The translations under genes were made by a program, and so were the position numbers. Source: Acidimicrobiia bacterium (lineage in GTDB: Bacteria; Actinomycetota; Acidimicrobiia; Spongiisociales; SHLN01). From it: a stretch of 64,000 nt of DNA. Below the pieces are notes generated by a model that was not told where the DNA came from, did no database searches, and worked only from the letters and a program-made list of their open reading frames with translations. The stretch is from contig JBFKDW010000005.1 in assembly GCA_041619515.1 (NCBI GenBank), positions 2,323-66,322 on the forward strand, in the 5' to 3' direction. This document shows, piece by piece, positions 35,301-45,016 of the stretch. How positions within the stretch are numbered: the first letter of the stretch is position 1; every line of letters starts with the position of its first letter.

Positions 35301-35841
35301 GCGCTTCACGTTCCCCCGCCAGCACGACGACCGGTTCCTGTGCATCGCCGACTTCTTCCGTCCGATGGACCAGGAGGTCGACTACGCCGCCTTCCATCTC
35401 GTCTCGGTGGGCGAGCGGGTATCCCAGCGGACTGCCGAGTTGTTTGCTGCGGACCGGTACAACGACTACCTCCTCCTCCACGGCCTGGGAGTGGAGATGG
35501 CCGAGGCGCTGGCCGAGTACTGGCATTGGCGCATCCGGGCCGAGTGGGGATTCGTCGATGAGGATGGCCCGTCGCTCGGGGGCCTCTTCAAGCAGAAGTA
35601 CCGGGGAGGCCGCTATTCGTGGGGCTATCCGGCCTGTCCCGATCTGGAAGACAACGAGAAGGTGGCAGATCTGCTCGGAGCCGAGCGCATCGGCATCAGC
35701 GTTGGAGAAGACACCGGCTACCAGTATCAGCCCGAGCAGTCCACCTCCGCCCTGATCTGCCATCACCCACAGGCAAAGTACTTCATCGCCAAGAAGCCCC
35801 GCCAGATCCGGGCCGAGGCCGACGCCAAAGGGAAGCGGTAA
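32335..35841 (+). CDS. metH: Cobalamin-dependent methionine synthase
   Basis: FDGATGT, GSIGPG, GINCATGP, GGCCGTTPEH, IGERTNANGS, B12 motif GDVHDIGKNLV, activation domain RYSWGYPACP, PEQSTSAL. True start ATG 32335, not 31744. Confidence 0.97.
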   Translation: MSTYLDAVTSGKVVIFDGATGTSLQQFGLTADDFGGPTFEGCNELLSVNRPDVVEAVHRSFFDVGVDATETNTFGAFSVPLGEYGISERAYELAAAATEIARRVTDEYIAADGRSRWVAGSIGPGTKFASLGQIRYADLRDGYEVEAAGLIDAGADVLLIETQFDLLGAKAAINGARRAMSHSGREVPLQVQVTIELTGRMLPGTEIGAALTTLDAMGVDVVGINCATGPQEMYEPLRYLAAYSRLPVAVVPNAGLPQVIDGEMAYDLPAGALAEHLETFISEFGVQVVGGCCGTTPEHLRAVVERCRSLTPATRTPTHIPGAASTYSPVSFKQDTSFLIIGERTNANGSRAFRDALLAEDVDACVRIAEDQVAESAHLLDLCVDYVGRDGVADMNLLGGRFATEVTVPVVLDSTEPEVMQAGLELIGGRSVLNSANLEEGDAPGSRLDRVLRLAKEHGSAVICLLIDERGQARTLDWKLEIAHRIHDLAVERYGLEPSDLIFDPLTFPLSTGDDDLRADAIETIEAIKRIKQELPGVSTVLGVSNVSFGLSPVTRRVLNSVFLHECVEAGLDAAIIHAGKMLPLNKIPDDQRQVCMDLIYDRRRSGYDPLEALLALFADAVEESSVVEDRSGWPIERRLSERIVDGNRGGIENELDEALANGRGPLEIINDVLLEGMRTVGELFASGEMQLPFVLRSAETMKAAVAYLEPKMEKEDSATRGSIVLATVRGDVHDIGKNLVDIILTNNGFKVHNLGIKVEIDDMVRTFQEVDADAIGMSGLLVKSTLVMRDNLDELTRRGLDHVPVLLGGAALTRSYVEDQLRARYNGHVYYGKDAFAGLDAMHYIVGGETGPEPARLRGRTLPAHSEQEEEVSATDLPARAPSVATDNEIFVPPFLGSRIVKGIPLHEVAAYLNETALFRNQWQYRPESGETDADFKDRLRLLLREQMAVARAADLLVPELVYGYFPANGDGDDLVIWEDESRSSERMRFTFPRQHDDRFLCIADFFRPMDQEVDYAAFHLVSVGERVSQRTAELFAADRYNDYLLLHGLGVEMAEALAEYWHWRIRAEWGFVDEDGPSLGGLFKQKYRGGRYSWGYPACPDLEDNEKVADLLGAERIGISVGEDTGYQYQPEQSTSALICHHPQAKYFIAKKPRQIRAEADAKGKR

Positions 35842-35909
35842 GTCCTTCTACCCGGGGAACTTGGCCGCCGCAGGCAGCGTCTCAATCGTGAACCTACCGA
35901 GGAACATGC

Positions 35910-36704
35910 ATGACGTCTCCCTTCCCACCCAACCGGCGCTCGCCGCTTGCTGCCTCACTCGTGGCGCTCTCACTCGTGGCAACCGCCTGTGGCGGTAGCA
36001 GTGCAGCCGAGACGACTACGACCACCCTGGCTCCCACCACTACGAGCACGCGATCTGTGGCGACCACGACGACTGCACCGGCGACGACCACGACCACCAC
36101 CCCCGGCCCCACCACCACAACTCTCCCCGGCACACCATTCGAGTCGGGCCCGTCGGCCGGTGACGTGCTCGGTGTGGTGGCGGTTGCGTTCGACGATGTG
36201 CTCAACTTGCGTGCGGGCCCCGGCACCGACTTCGACGTGCTCAAGAAGCTGCCGGCACGGACCGACCGGGTCATCTCCAACGGTCGTGCCCAGGCCCTCC
36301 CCAACTCCATCTGGTACGAGGTGACGGCCCTCGGGGTGACCGGATGGGCCAGCAGCACCTATCTGGCCTTCATCGGCTCGACCGACGACATCACCGCCGG
36401 GATCATCTCCAAGCTCGGAGAGCGGCCCACCGCCCGGGACATGGAGGAGCTGGGGGCGATCGTGGCCGGATCGTATCCCGCGGTCGAACGGCCGCTGCGA
36501 GTGAGGATGTCCGGCGAGCCCAGCGTCGGGGATCTCGGCGAGGTCATCTACGACGTGGTGGGATTCGCAGACGACTCGGTGCGGGGGCTTCGCCTCCATG
36601 TCTTCGGTCAACCGACCGAGGACGGCACGGGCTTCTCCCTCAAGAGCGTCGAGGCAACGTCACTGTGCGCTCGCGGCGTCACCGACGAGGGGCTGTGCGT
36701 CTAG
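35910..36704 (+). CDS. Lipoprotein with bacterial SH3-like domain
   Basis: Lipobox ATAC, Thr linker, DVLNLRAGPGTDF...WYEV...TGWASSTYL. Confidence 0.8.
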   Translation: MTSPFPPNRRSPLAASLVALSLVATACGGSSAAETTTTTLAPTTTSTRSVATTTTAPATTTTTTPGPTTTTLPGTPFESGPSAGDVLGVVAVAFDDVLNLRAGPGTDFDVLKKLPARTDRVISNGRAQALPNSIWYEVTALGVTGWASSTYLAFIGSTDDITAGIISKLGERPTARDMEELGAIVAGSYPAVERPLRVRMSGEPSVGDLGEVIYDVVGFADDSVRGLRLHVFGQPTEDGTGFSLKSVEATSLCARGVTDEGLCV

Positions 36705-36726
36705 CGCGGGCTGCCCCGTCCGGGGC

Positions 36727-37722
36727 CTAGCCCGGCTCGAAGGCCCAGTCGGCGGCGATCACGCTCAGAACCTCGTCCGCCAGGCGGTAGCCGCCGTTCC
36801 AGGTGAAGTGGGCGCCGTCGGCATAGCGCATGTGCTTGCCGTCGAGGTAGGCGTTGTACTCGCCGTTCTCGTCCTGAAAGAGCTCGAAGCTCGAGATGAA
36901 GGTGACCCGGGGCCGTTCCCGGGCTTCGGATTCGTACACGCTGTTCATCAGCAGGACGTTGGCGTTGAAGCCGGCGGACTCCATGATGGGAAGCCCGACC
37001 CAGTACACGCGCTCGACGCCCGCCAGCAGAGCGTCCATGGCCTCGGCGACCCGGATGGCGTACAGATCCACCCACGCCTCGGTACCGACGTCGAATCGCT
37101 CCCCTCCCACGGCCACGTCCTGCGCGTCGTTGCCGCCGAAGATGACAACCGCGGCCTCCGGCTCCACGTTCGGGAGTTGCTCGGAGATGTAGACGGGCCA
37201 GTCGAAATAGTCGGGCCGGCTCAGACCGGAGATGAACCGGAAGTCGACCTCGGCGTCGACGACCCCTGTGTCGGTGCTGCGGTTGACGAGGGCCGGGCCG
37301 AACAGCTCGGCAAACGAGTCGCCGATGATCCACAGCTCCAGCGGATCGTCGCCCGTCACCGCCCGGAGGGACGGAAGCGTCGTGGTCGTCGTCGCGCCCC
37401 CGTCGACGAGTGTGGTCGTGGTCGTCGCAGGGGGTGTGGCGACGACTGCTGGTCGGTCCGTGGTCCGCCGGCCGAGCGCATCGTCGATCGATTCCCGGGG
37501 CAGATCGAGCCGCAGGAAGGCGCTCACGTCCGCCAGTGGCTCGGCAAGGGCCAGCGCCACACTGCGGCCGGTCCCGAGCTCCTGGCGCTCGGCGGTCCGC
37601 AGGATCCCCCGGGCGTTGAGCAGGGCTCCTCCCAGCAGGGCCACCAGCATGACCAGCAGCACATGCCCGGCGGGGAGGGGCCGGGCCGCATCACGACTGG
37701 ATCGGGGTGGCGAGGCCGACAT
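36727..37722 (-). CDS. SGNH/GDSL hydrolase-fold protein (DUF459-like), probable O-acyltransferase partner
   Basis: TM anchor, Thr linker, IIGDSF, SGLSRPDYFDW, VIFGGND, YWVGLP, DGAHF. Confidence 0.87.
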   Translation of the reverse strand: MSASPPRSSRDAARPLPAGHVLLVMLVALLGGALLNARGILRTAERQELGTGRSVALALAEPLADVSAFLRLDLPRESIDDALGRRTTDRPAVVATPPATTTTTLVDGGATTTTTLPSLRAVTGDDPLELWIIGDSFAELFGPALVNRSTDTGVVDAEVDFRFISGLSRPDYFDWPVYISEQLPNVEPEAAVVIFGGNDAQDVAVGGERFDVGTEAWVDLYAIRVAEAMDALLAGVERVYWVGLPIMESAGFNANVLLMNSVYESEARERPRVTFISSFELFQDENGEYNAYLDGKHMRYADGAHFTWNGGYRLADEVLSVIAADWAFEPG

Positions 37723-39137
37723 CAGAATTGGAAGTAGATGAAGGCGGCAACACCTTCGTTTGCCAGGGAATCGATGACGAAGAGCGACAGGGCGAGAACT
37801 GCTCCCTGGGCGGCCGGAGCCAGACGGCTGAATCCGGCCAGGACCCGGTCAACGGCCGGGCGGGTGACGTATTGGGCCCCGATCCCGACCCCTACCGCCA
37901 GCAGGATGGGGAGGCTGACGGCCTCGACGCCCCCACCCCATTCGGTGAGCAAGCGCCAGATGATGTCCCATGCCGTCGACAGCGACGAGGCACGAAAGAA
38001 GATCCAGGCGAAGGTGACGAGGTGGAACGTCACGAACCGCCGCCGGAAGATGGTCGCCGGGGTAACGGGAAGCGGCTGGGGCCTGCGCTCTTGTTGGTAC
38101 CGCTCCCAGACCAGCCAGGCCCCGTGGAGGCCGCCCCAGATGACGAACCTCCAGGCAGCTCCGTGCCAGAGACCTCCCAGCAGCATCGTGAGCATGAGAT
38201 TGCGGCGGGTGAGCCAGCGCTCGCCGTGGCTGCCGCCGAGGGGAATGTAGAGGTAGTCGCGCAGCCACCTGGACAGGGTCATATGCCAGCGGCGCCAGAA
38301 GTCCTGGATGCTGACGGCGGTGTAGGGAGCGTTGAAGTTGTCCGGGAATCGAAACCCGAGCAGCAGGGCGGCCCCGATGGCAATATCCGAGTAGGCGCTG
38401 AAGTCGGCATAGATCTGTACCGAGTAGGCATAGAGCGCTACGAGGATTTCGACGCTCCCGTATTGTCCGGGGCTTGCGAACACGGCGTCGACCAGATTCG
38501 AGGCGAGGAAATCTGCGATGACGACCTTCTTGGCCAGCCCAATGGCGATGAGATAGAAGGCTCGTGATGCGTCGATGCGGCGGGGATCACGCCGGCCGAC
38601 GAATTGTGGAAGCAGCTCGGTGCCTCGCACGATCGGACCAGCCACGAGTTGCGGGAAGAAAGCGAGATACACCGCGAAGTCCAGCGGAGGGGCCGGCGAC
38701 AGCTTGCGACGATAGATGTCGATCACGTAGCTGAGGGCCTGGAACGTGAAAAAGGAGATCCCGACCGGCAGGGTGATCTGGACGAGCGGAAGCGACGTCC
38801 CCACTCCGAGGGTTTCGAGCGTGGCGTTGACCGATTCAACGAAAAACCCGAAATACTTGAAATAGCCGAGCAGGCCGAGGTTGACGGCTACCGCCGCTGC
38901 GACGAGGCCTCTGCGCCGGGTCTCGGCGTCGGCGCGTTCGATCTGCACCGCAAAGAATTGATTTGCCAGCGTCGAGACCACGATGAGACCGACGAATCGC
39001 CAGTTCCAGAACCCGTAGAAGAAGTAGCTGGCTGCCAGCATGAACCATCGCCACCGCTTCGGAAACGGCATGAGCAGCCAGTTGGCCAGGAAGACGACCA
39101 CGAAGAACGTGGCAAACGTGATGGTTGGGAACAACAT
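37722..39137 (-). CDS. MBOAT-family membrane O-acyltransferase (AlgI/PatA/DltB-like)
   Basis: [76 protein letters not shown]. Confidence 0.93.
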   Translation of the reverse strand: MLFPTITFATFFVVVFLANWLLMPFPKRWRWFMLAASYFFYGFWNWRFVGLIVVSTLANQFFAVQIERADAETRRRGLVAAAVAVNLGLLGYFKYFGFFVESVNATLETLGVGTSLPLVQITLPVGISFFTFQALSYVIDIYRRKLSPAPPLDFAVYLAFFPQLVAGPIVRGTELLPQFVGRRDPRRIDASRAFYLIAIGLAKKVVIADFLASNLVDAVFASPGQYGSVEILVALYAYSVQIYADFSAYSDIAIGAALLLGFRFPDNFNAPYTAVSIQDFWRRWHMTLSRWLRDYLYIPLGGSHGERWLTRRNLMLTMLLGGLWHGAAWRFVIWGGLHGAWLVWERYQQERRPQPLPVTPATIFRRRFVTFHLVTFAWIFFRASSLSTAWDIIWRLLTEWGGGVEAVSLPILLAVGVGIGAQYVTRPAVDRVLAGFSRLAPAAQGAVLALSLFVIDSLANEGVAAFIYFQF

Positions 39138-39206
39138 GATCGAAGGCAGCAACGATACCGGGATGGCGTTGTGTCACACCCCCCGGGTAACGTTTTCGCC
39201 GTGAGC

Positions 39207-39680
39207 ATGCCAGTGGAGGTCAAACGCAGCAGCCGCCGAACCAAGACCGTCGAGGCGCGACTGGTCGACGGGACGCTGCGCCTTGCCATCCCGTCGTGGA
39301 TGACCGCCGACCAGGAGGCGCACTGGGTGGGCGTCATGCAGGAGCGGTTTGCCCGCAAGGCCGGCGCGAGCCCGATGGACCTGGCCGTCCGCGCCGGCCG
39401 CCTGGCAGCGCAGTTCGAATTACCCGAGCCCTCCGACATCACCTGGTCGGCGCGCCAAACGACCCGCTGGGGCTCGTGCAGCATCGACAGCGGCCGGGTA
39501 CGCATCTCGGACCGCCTGACGGGGTTCCCCGGCTGGGTGATCGACTATGTGATCGTTCACGAGCTTGCCCACCTGCTCGAATCGGGTCACTCACCTCGCT
39601 TCTGGGCTCTCGTCAACCGCTACCCCCTGGCTGAACGAGCTCGCGGCTACCTCATGGCGCGAGCCGATGTGGGAGAGTGA
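39207..39680 (+). CDS. YgjP/SprT-like (M48/DUF45) zinc metallopeptidase
   Basis: VKRSSRRTKTV, WGSCS, DYVIVHELAHLLESGHSPRFW. Confidence 0.88.
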   Translation: MPVEVKRSSRRTKTVEARLVDGTLRLAIPSWMTADQEAHWVGVMQERFARKAGASPMDLAVRAGRLAAQFELPEPSDITWSARQTTRWGSCSIDSGRVRISDRLTGFPGWVIDYVIVHELAHLLESGHSPRFWALVNRYPLAERARGYLMARADVGE

Positions 39681-39699
39681 CCGAGCAGTCTGCCGGCCG

Positions 39700-39963
39700 T
39701 TAGAGGCCGGCGGCCAGCGCAGCCACCTGCTCGGAGGCGCCACCGACGACGGGGTCGCCGTGGCTGAACACGACCGTGTCGAAGCGAAGTTCGGCCAGCT
39801 TCCTGACCGAGGCATCGGCCTCTGCCATGTCGGAGGTGAACCGCGGATTGGCGCCGGTGACGCCGCCGTCGGCACCGTTGAGCGCATCGTCGGCCAGCAG
39901 CAGACCCGACATCCTGTCGAGAACTGAGATCGAACCAGGCGTGCGGCGCTGGTTTCCCGCCAT
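39700..39963 (-). pseudogene. C-terminal remnant of an MBL-fold metallo-hydrolase
   Basis: RTPGSISVLD...ADDALNG...RFDTVVFSHGDP matches MBL motifs 3-5, but the first His is Arg; no upstream HxHxDH; the DUF1059 gene sits where the 5' part would be. Confidence 0.6.
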
Positions 39964-40050
39964 CGAGAGAGGGCTCGCTTGCCCGACCCACCCGCCGGCG
40001 ACGTGAGGCGGGTGTCGCCGGTAGGGTGGCAATGGACGAAAGGATGTGAT

Positions 40051-40260
40051 GTGGAACTGAAGTGTGACGATGTGGTCGGCGGGCTGGGTTGCGATTTCGT
40101 GGCCACCGGCGACACCGCCGATGAGGTACGTGATGCCATGCTCGCCCACGGAGGGGCGGTCCACGCCAACCTGATGGAAGGGATGAGCGAGGAAGAAGCT
40201 CAAAAGGCCTACGGCGAGATGGTCGCCCACATCGAGAGGCTGGTTGCCGCCAGCGGCTAG
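40051..40260 (+). CDS. DUF1059 family small protein
   Basis: LKCDDVVGGLGCDFVATGDTADEV...AHGGAVH; SD GAAAGGA. Confidence 0.8.
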   Translation: MELKCDDVVGGLGCDFVATGDTADEVRDAMLAHGGAVHANLMEGMSEEEAQKAYGEMVAHIERLVAASG

Positions 40261-40314
40261 CAGGACGACGCAGCCGCAACGCCATGCCCTTTAGCAATAT
40301 CGTAGAGTCCTAGC

Positions 40315-41064
40315 ATGCGCCGCGTCCGCGACTGGGCCTTCACCGTCCCGTTCCTGTTGGCCTTCGGGCTCACGCTGCTTGCCTTCGACGTCGTTGGTCG
40401 CCTGGTGCGACCGTTCAGCCTGCGCGGGTTCGAATACGTGATGGCAGGGCTCCAGCGCACCCTCATGAACACCTTTCGCATATGCGGGACGCAGATTCGG
40501 GTGGAGCGCTCACCTGCGATCGAGCCGCGCACCGGTTACGCCATCATCTCCAATCACCAGAGCATGTTCGACATCGTGCTGATCGGCGGCCTGCTCTTCA
40601 CGAACTTCCCCAAGTACGTTGCCAAACAGGAGCTGGCGCGCGGCTTGCCCAGCATCTCGCTCAACCTCCGCCGGGGTGGCAATGCGGTGATCGACCGCAG
40701 CGACCGCGCCGCGGCCGTCCAAGTGATTTCGGCCATGGCCAAGACGGCTCAGGATCGCAGTGTGAGCGTCACCATCTTCCCCGAGGGAACCCGCAGCCGT
40801 GACGGCCGCCTCCAGAAGTTCCGCCGGGCCGGCAGCCGTGCCCTGCTCGAAGGCGCTGATCGGCTCCCGGTGGTACCGGTCGCCATCGACGGAGCCTGGA
40901 AGCTCCTGCGCCACAACCTCAAGCCGGTTCCATTCGGGACACAGGTCAGGATCCGGTTCGGCAACCCGATCGCCCGCACCGCCGGAGACTCCGCCGAGGT
41001 CGCGCTGCAAGCCGAGGAATGGATCGCCAAGACGCTCAACGAGTGGGCGAGCACCGAGGTCTAG
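40315..41064 (+). CDS. Lysophospholipid (1-acyl-glycerol-3-phosphate) acyltransferase, PlsC family
   Basis: SNHQSMFD, YVAKQEL, IFPEGTRSRDG, PVVPVAI. Confidence 0.92.
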   Translation: MRRVRDWAFTVPFLLAFGLTLLAFDVVGRLVRPFSLRGFEYVMAGLQRTLMNTFRICGTQIRVERSPAIEPRTGYAIISNHQSMFDIVLIGGLLFTNFPKYVAKQELARGLPSISLNLRRGGNAVIDRSDRAAAVQVISAMAKTAQDRSVSVTIFPEGTRSRDGRLQKFRRAGSRALLEGADRLPVVPVAIDGAWKLLRHNLKPVPFGTQVRIRFGNPIARTAGDSAEVALQAEEWIAKTLNEWASTEV

Positions 41065-41066
41065 AG

Positions 41067-41894
41067 CTACTCGTCGAGGAAGCCGTCCAGCTGTAGCTCG
41101 GCGTTCTCGACGTAGCTGTACGGCTCGAGATCGGTGATCCCGGCCTCGGCCAGCACCTCGTCGTCCAGGTAGAAATTGCCGGTTGCCTGGCGGCTGGGCC
41201 GGGTGAGGATCTCGTAGGCGGCATCGGCGACGATCTCCGGACGACGGGACCTCCGCATCGCTTCGTCACCTCCCAGCAGATTCTGGACCGCGGCGGTGGC
41301 GATGAGGGTTCTCGGCCACAGGCTGTTGACCGCGATGCCGACCGGAGCGAACTCGGCGGCCATGCCCAGCGTGCACATGCTCATACCGTACTTGGCGATC
41401 GTGTAGCCGAGCGTGTTCGAGAACCACTTTGGATCGAGGTTGAGCGGCGGGCTGAGATTGAGGATATGGGGGTTGTCGCTCTTCTTCAGGTGCGGGATGC
41501 AGCTCCGGGATACGAGATATGTGCCGCGGGTGTTGATGTTCTGCATGAGGTCGAACACCTTCATCGGGAGCTGTTCGGTGTTCGAGAGGTTGATTGCCGA
41601 GGCGTTGTTCACGCACAGGTCGATGCCGCCGAAGGTGTCCACCGTTTGCTCGACTGCATTCTCGACATGGTGATCGAAGCGGATGTCCCCGACGATCGGG
41701 AGCGCTTTACCACCGGCCTCTTCTATCTCGGCTGCCGCGGTGTAGACGGTTCCCGGCAGGCGCGGGTGTGGTTCAGCCGTTTTGGCGACCAGAGCGACGT
41801 TGGCGCCGTCGTTGGCCGCCCGCTTGGCGATGGCGAGGCCGATTCCACGGCTGCCGCCCGAAATGAACATCGTCTTGCCGGCCAAGGGGCCCAT
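41067..41894 (-). CDS. SDR-family NAD(P)-dependent oxidoreductase (HSDL2-like)
   Basis: SGGSRGIG, NNASAI, HILNLSPP, YTIAKYGMS, NSLWP. Confidence 0.93.
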   Translation of the reverse strand: MGPLAGKTMFISGGSRGIGLAIAKRAANDGANVALVAKTAEPHPRLPGTVYTAAAEIEEAGGKALPIVGDIRFDHHVENAVEQTVDTFGGIDLCVNNASAINLSNTEQLPMKVFDLMQNINTRGTYLVSRSCIPHLKKSDNPHILNLSPPLNLDPKWFSNTLGYTIAKYGMSMCTLGMAAEFAPVGIAVNSLWPRTLIATAAVQNLLGGDEAMRRSRRPEIVADAAYEILTRPSRQATGNFYLDDEVLAEAGITDLEPYSYVENAELQLDGFLDE

Positions 41895-41939
41895 CAGGTT
41901 CCTCCGTTGCGTCTGGTGGGAATCCTACGGTGCGGGTGC

Positions 41940-43055
41940 TCAGGCTCTCGACTCGACCGCGTCCACCCGATCCGGGGCCGTCACCCGGCGATACAGACGC
42001 AGGAACGGATAGGTCGCAACCGCCGGGCCGACGATCCACACCGGCCGGGTGAGCCACCACCCGATGGTGGGCTCGCCGGGTGGCAGGTAGTCGAACGCCA
42101 GATAGAGGGCAGCCACCACCAGCGCCATACCGGTGGTGTGAAACAGGTACAGACCCATCGAGTTGGCGTTCACCCATACCGACATGCGCTGCCAGCGACG
42201 ATCGGTGGCGAGCCGGTCGACCACAAAGCTGCGGACGAGGAGCACAACCCCAATCTGGAGAATGGTCAGCGCCACGATCGCCAGGGTTGGGGGGCCCATG
42301 TTGGAGAATCGTTCGCCCGGAACTCCCACCATCGACCGTGGATAGAAGCCCATGTTGGTGAGGGCTAGCAGGGCGAACAGACCGCCCCATGCGAGTGCCC
42401 ATCCAGTCCGGCGGGGAGCTTGGACGAAGCGGTCGTAGAAGAAGCCCAGCTGGTGGGCCAGCCCCCAGATCACGAGAAAGTTCGCCCACGCCGCCCACCC
42501 CTGGCCGTGAGTGAAGCGCAGCACATCGAGGACCGCCGCCAGGCCGAGCAGCCACACGACCACGAGCTCACCCCACCGCCAGTGGGCGCGTATTGCGATC
42601 GGCGCGATCGCCACCAGCACCAGATACACGATGATGAACCAGAGCGGCGACAGGATGAGGATCACCGCCTGCCAGCCCCATGCCGGGTCGAACACTGCCT
42701 GGAGGACGAGGCCGATTCCTATCCAGACTGCGGCCAGCCCGAGGACGGGCGGCAGCAGCCGGCGCATCCTGCGGGCCAGGAACCGCCGTGAGGTGCCGAT
42801 CTCGTAGTCGTCGAACGCACGACGGTGTGCGAAGCCGCCAACGAAGAAGAAGACAGGCATCACCTGAAGAATCCAGGTCATTGCCCACATCCCGCGGAGA
42901 AACCCGATCGGGTTCAAGGGAGCAACCGAGTCCTCCGAGATCACGAGAATCGTGAACACCCAATGCCAGACGACCACCACGACAAGTGAGAACGCCCGCA
43001 GAAAGTCGACGTACGGGTCCCGGTCGGTCCGCTGGGATTGCGTGGCTGAGGCCAT
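41940..43055 (-). CDS. Acyltransferase family 3 membrane protein
   Basis: RDPYVDFLRA, VVVWHW, VMPVFFFVGG, SPLWF, SNMGPP, MGLYLFH; multi-TM. Confidence 0.87.
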   Translation of the reverse strand: MASATQSQRTDRDPYVDFLRAFSLVVVVVWHWVFTILVISEDSVAPLNPIGFLRGMWAMTWILQVMPVFFFVGGFAHRRAFDDYEIGTSRRFLARRMRRLLPPVLGLAAVWIGIGLVLQAVFDPAWGWQAVILILSPLWFIIVYLVLVAIAPIAIRAHWRWGELVVVWLLGLAAVLDVLRFTHGQGWAAWANFLVIWGLAHQLGFFYDRFVQAPRRTGWALAWGGLFALLALTNMGFYPRSMVGVPGERFSNMGPPTLAIVALTILQIGVVLLVRSFVVDRLATDRRWQRMSVWVNANSMGLYLFHTTGMALVVAALYLAFDYLPPGEPTIGWWLTRPVWIVGPAVATYPFLRLYRRVTAPDRVDAVESRA

Positions 43056-43159
43056 CCCATCTCATTTCGGCTGCTTCGGCTCCCAGCTGAAGAATCCCGG
43101 GAAGCGGCTGGGTCTGGCCGCAGCGGGTGCCTAGCATCTGGACTCGATGAGAAGCCCCC

Positions 43160-45007
43160 ATGTTTGATGATCCCGTCGTCCAGCTGGCCGGGATCGTGGT
43201 GCTCGCAGTTGCCGCACAGTGGATTGCCGCCCGGCTGCAAGTTCCCTCCATCCTCCTGCTGCTCATGGCCGGCTTCCTGGTCGGACCGGTCCTGGACATG
43301 CTCGACCCCGACCTGTTGCTCGGCGACCTGCTGGCACCCGGCGTGTCGCTGGCTGTCGGTCTGATTCTCTTCGAAGGCGGAATGAGCCTGCGCCTGCGTG
43401 AGCTGGCCGGCCAACAGCGCGTCCTCTGGTTGCTCGTCACCGTCGGAGTCGTCATCACGTGGGTGATCGGGTCGATCGTCCTGCTCATCGTCACCGACTT
43501 GCCGGGCGGCATCGCAATCCTCATCGGCTCGATACTGGTGGTATCGGGGCCGACCGTGGTGGGTCCGCTGCTCGGGCACGTCCGGCCGAGCCGCTCGGTG
43601 TCGTCGATCTTGAAGTGGGAGAGCATCTTCATCGATCCGATCGGTGCGTTCCTCGCCGTCCTCACATTCGAGGTGCTCCTGGTTGAGCGAGCGCTCGACC
43701 CCACGGTCGGCGAGATCGTCTCGGAGGTCATCAAGTTCATCCTGGCGGGGGGATTGGTCGGCGTCGGCGTCGCTGTGCTCGGGATCGTGGCCCTTCGCCG
43801 CCACTGGGTACCCGAGCACCTGCTCTCTCTGTTCGGGGTCAGCCTGGCTCTGGTGGCGTTTGTCGTTGCGGACGAGATCGCCGCCGAATCCGGCTTGCTC
43901 TCCACCATCATCCTCGGCCTGGTCATCGCCAACCACCGGCCCGTCCGCACGGAGCAGATCGTCCGTTTCTCCGAGATCATCCGGGTTCTACTCATCGGAG
44001 TGCTCTTCATCGTGCTGAGCGCCCGGATCGACATCGACCAACTGCAGGATCAGTTGTGGGCGAGCGTCGCCCTGGTCGTGGCATTGGTGCTCGTGGCGCG
44101 GCCACTGGCGGTGGCAGCCACCGCCTGGGGCTCCAGGTTCAATTGGCGGGAACGAGCCCTCATCGCGGCGGTGGCGCCTCGCGGCATCGTGGCGGCGTCG
44201 ATCGCTTCGGTCTTCGGTCTGGAGCTTCAGGCTGAAGGCGTGGTCGGGGCGGACGACATAACGCCGCTGGTCTTCGCCGTCATCGTGGGCACCGTCGCGA
44301 TCTACGGTCTTGGTGCCGGACCGCTGGCCCGGGGGCTCGGCCTGGCGCTGCGACATCAGGACGGCGCCCTCATTTTGGGCGCCGGCCCGGTCGAGCGTAC
44401 GATCGCAAGAGCGCTGGCCGACGCCGGTGTGACGTTGATCGTGGCCACCACCAACCGCCGTGACCACTATCTCGCCCGCATGGAGGAACTGCGTTCGTTC
44501 TACGGAAACGTCCTGAATCGGGACGTCGGCCTCGAACTGGACCTTGCAGGAATCGGACGCCTCGTCGCCCTCACCCCCAACGACGACGTCAACACGCTCG
44601 CCAGCACCCGGTTTTCAGAATTGTTCGGCGGCGCCTTCGTCTATCAGCTGCCTCCGGTGAGCCTCCCGGCCGGGATCGATTCGCACCCCGCCGCCGAGCT
44701 GGGCGGCCGTTTTCTGTTCGGACCGGAGTGGGACTACCAGAGCCTCAAGCGCGCACTCGATTCCGGAAGCCAGATCAGGCGAACCAGTCTGAGCGACGAG
44801 TTCACCGTCGACGACTTCCGGGCCTCCAACGATGACGCCGTGCCCCTGTTCATCGTCCGCCCGGGTGGCCGTCTCTCGGTGATTCTCAGCAGCGACACGG
44901 ACCCCCTCGCCGGCGCCGGCAACGGCGACACCATCATCTCACTCGCCCCGGGCGAGGCACCATCCATGCCCGAGGAGGAGGCCGAAGATGCCATCAACCC
45001 GGTGTGA
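43160..45007 (+). CDS. CPA1/NhaP-type cation:proton antiporter with C-terminal cytosolic (TrkA-N-like) domain
   Basis: LILFEGG, SGPTVVGP, WESIFIDPIG, ESGLL, APRGIVAAS; C-terminal ALTPNDDVN. Confidence 0.9.
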   Translation: MFDDPVVQLAGIVVLAVAAQWIAARLQVPSILLLLMAGFLVGPVLDMLDPDLLLGDLLAPGVSLAVGLILFEGGMSLRLRELAGQQRVLWLLVTVGVVITWVIGSIVLLIVTDLPGGIAILIGSILVVSGPTVVGPLLGHVRPSRSVSSILKWESIFIDPIGAFLAVLTFEVLLVERALDPTVGEIVSEVIKFILAGGLVGVGVAVLGIVALRRHWVPEHLLSLFGVSLALVAFVVADEIAAESGLLSTIILGLVIANHRPVRTEQIVRFSEIIRVLLIGVLFIVLSARIDIDQLQDQLWASVALVVALVLVARPLAVAATAWGSRFNWRERALIAAVAPRGIVAASIASVFGLELQAEGVVGADDITPLVFAVIVGTVAIYGLGAGPLARGLGLALRHQDGALILGAGPVERTIARALADAGVTLIVATTNRRDHYLARMEELRSFYGNVLNRDVGLELDLAGIGRLVALTPNDDVNTLASTRFSELFGGAFVYQLPPVSLPAGIDSHPAAELGGRFLFGPEWDYQSLKRALDSGSQIRRTSLSDEFTVDDFRASNDDAVPLFIVRPGGRLSVILSSDTDPLAGAGNGDTIISLAPGEAPSMPEEEAEDAINPV

Positions 45008-45016
45008 ACCGGCGCG

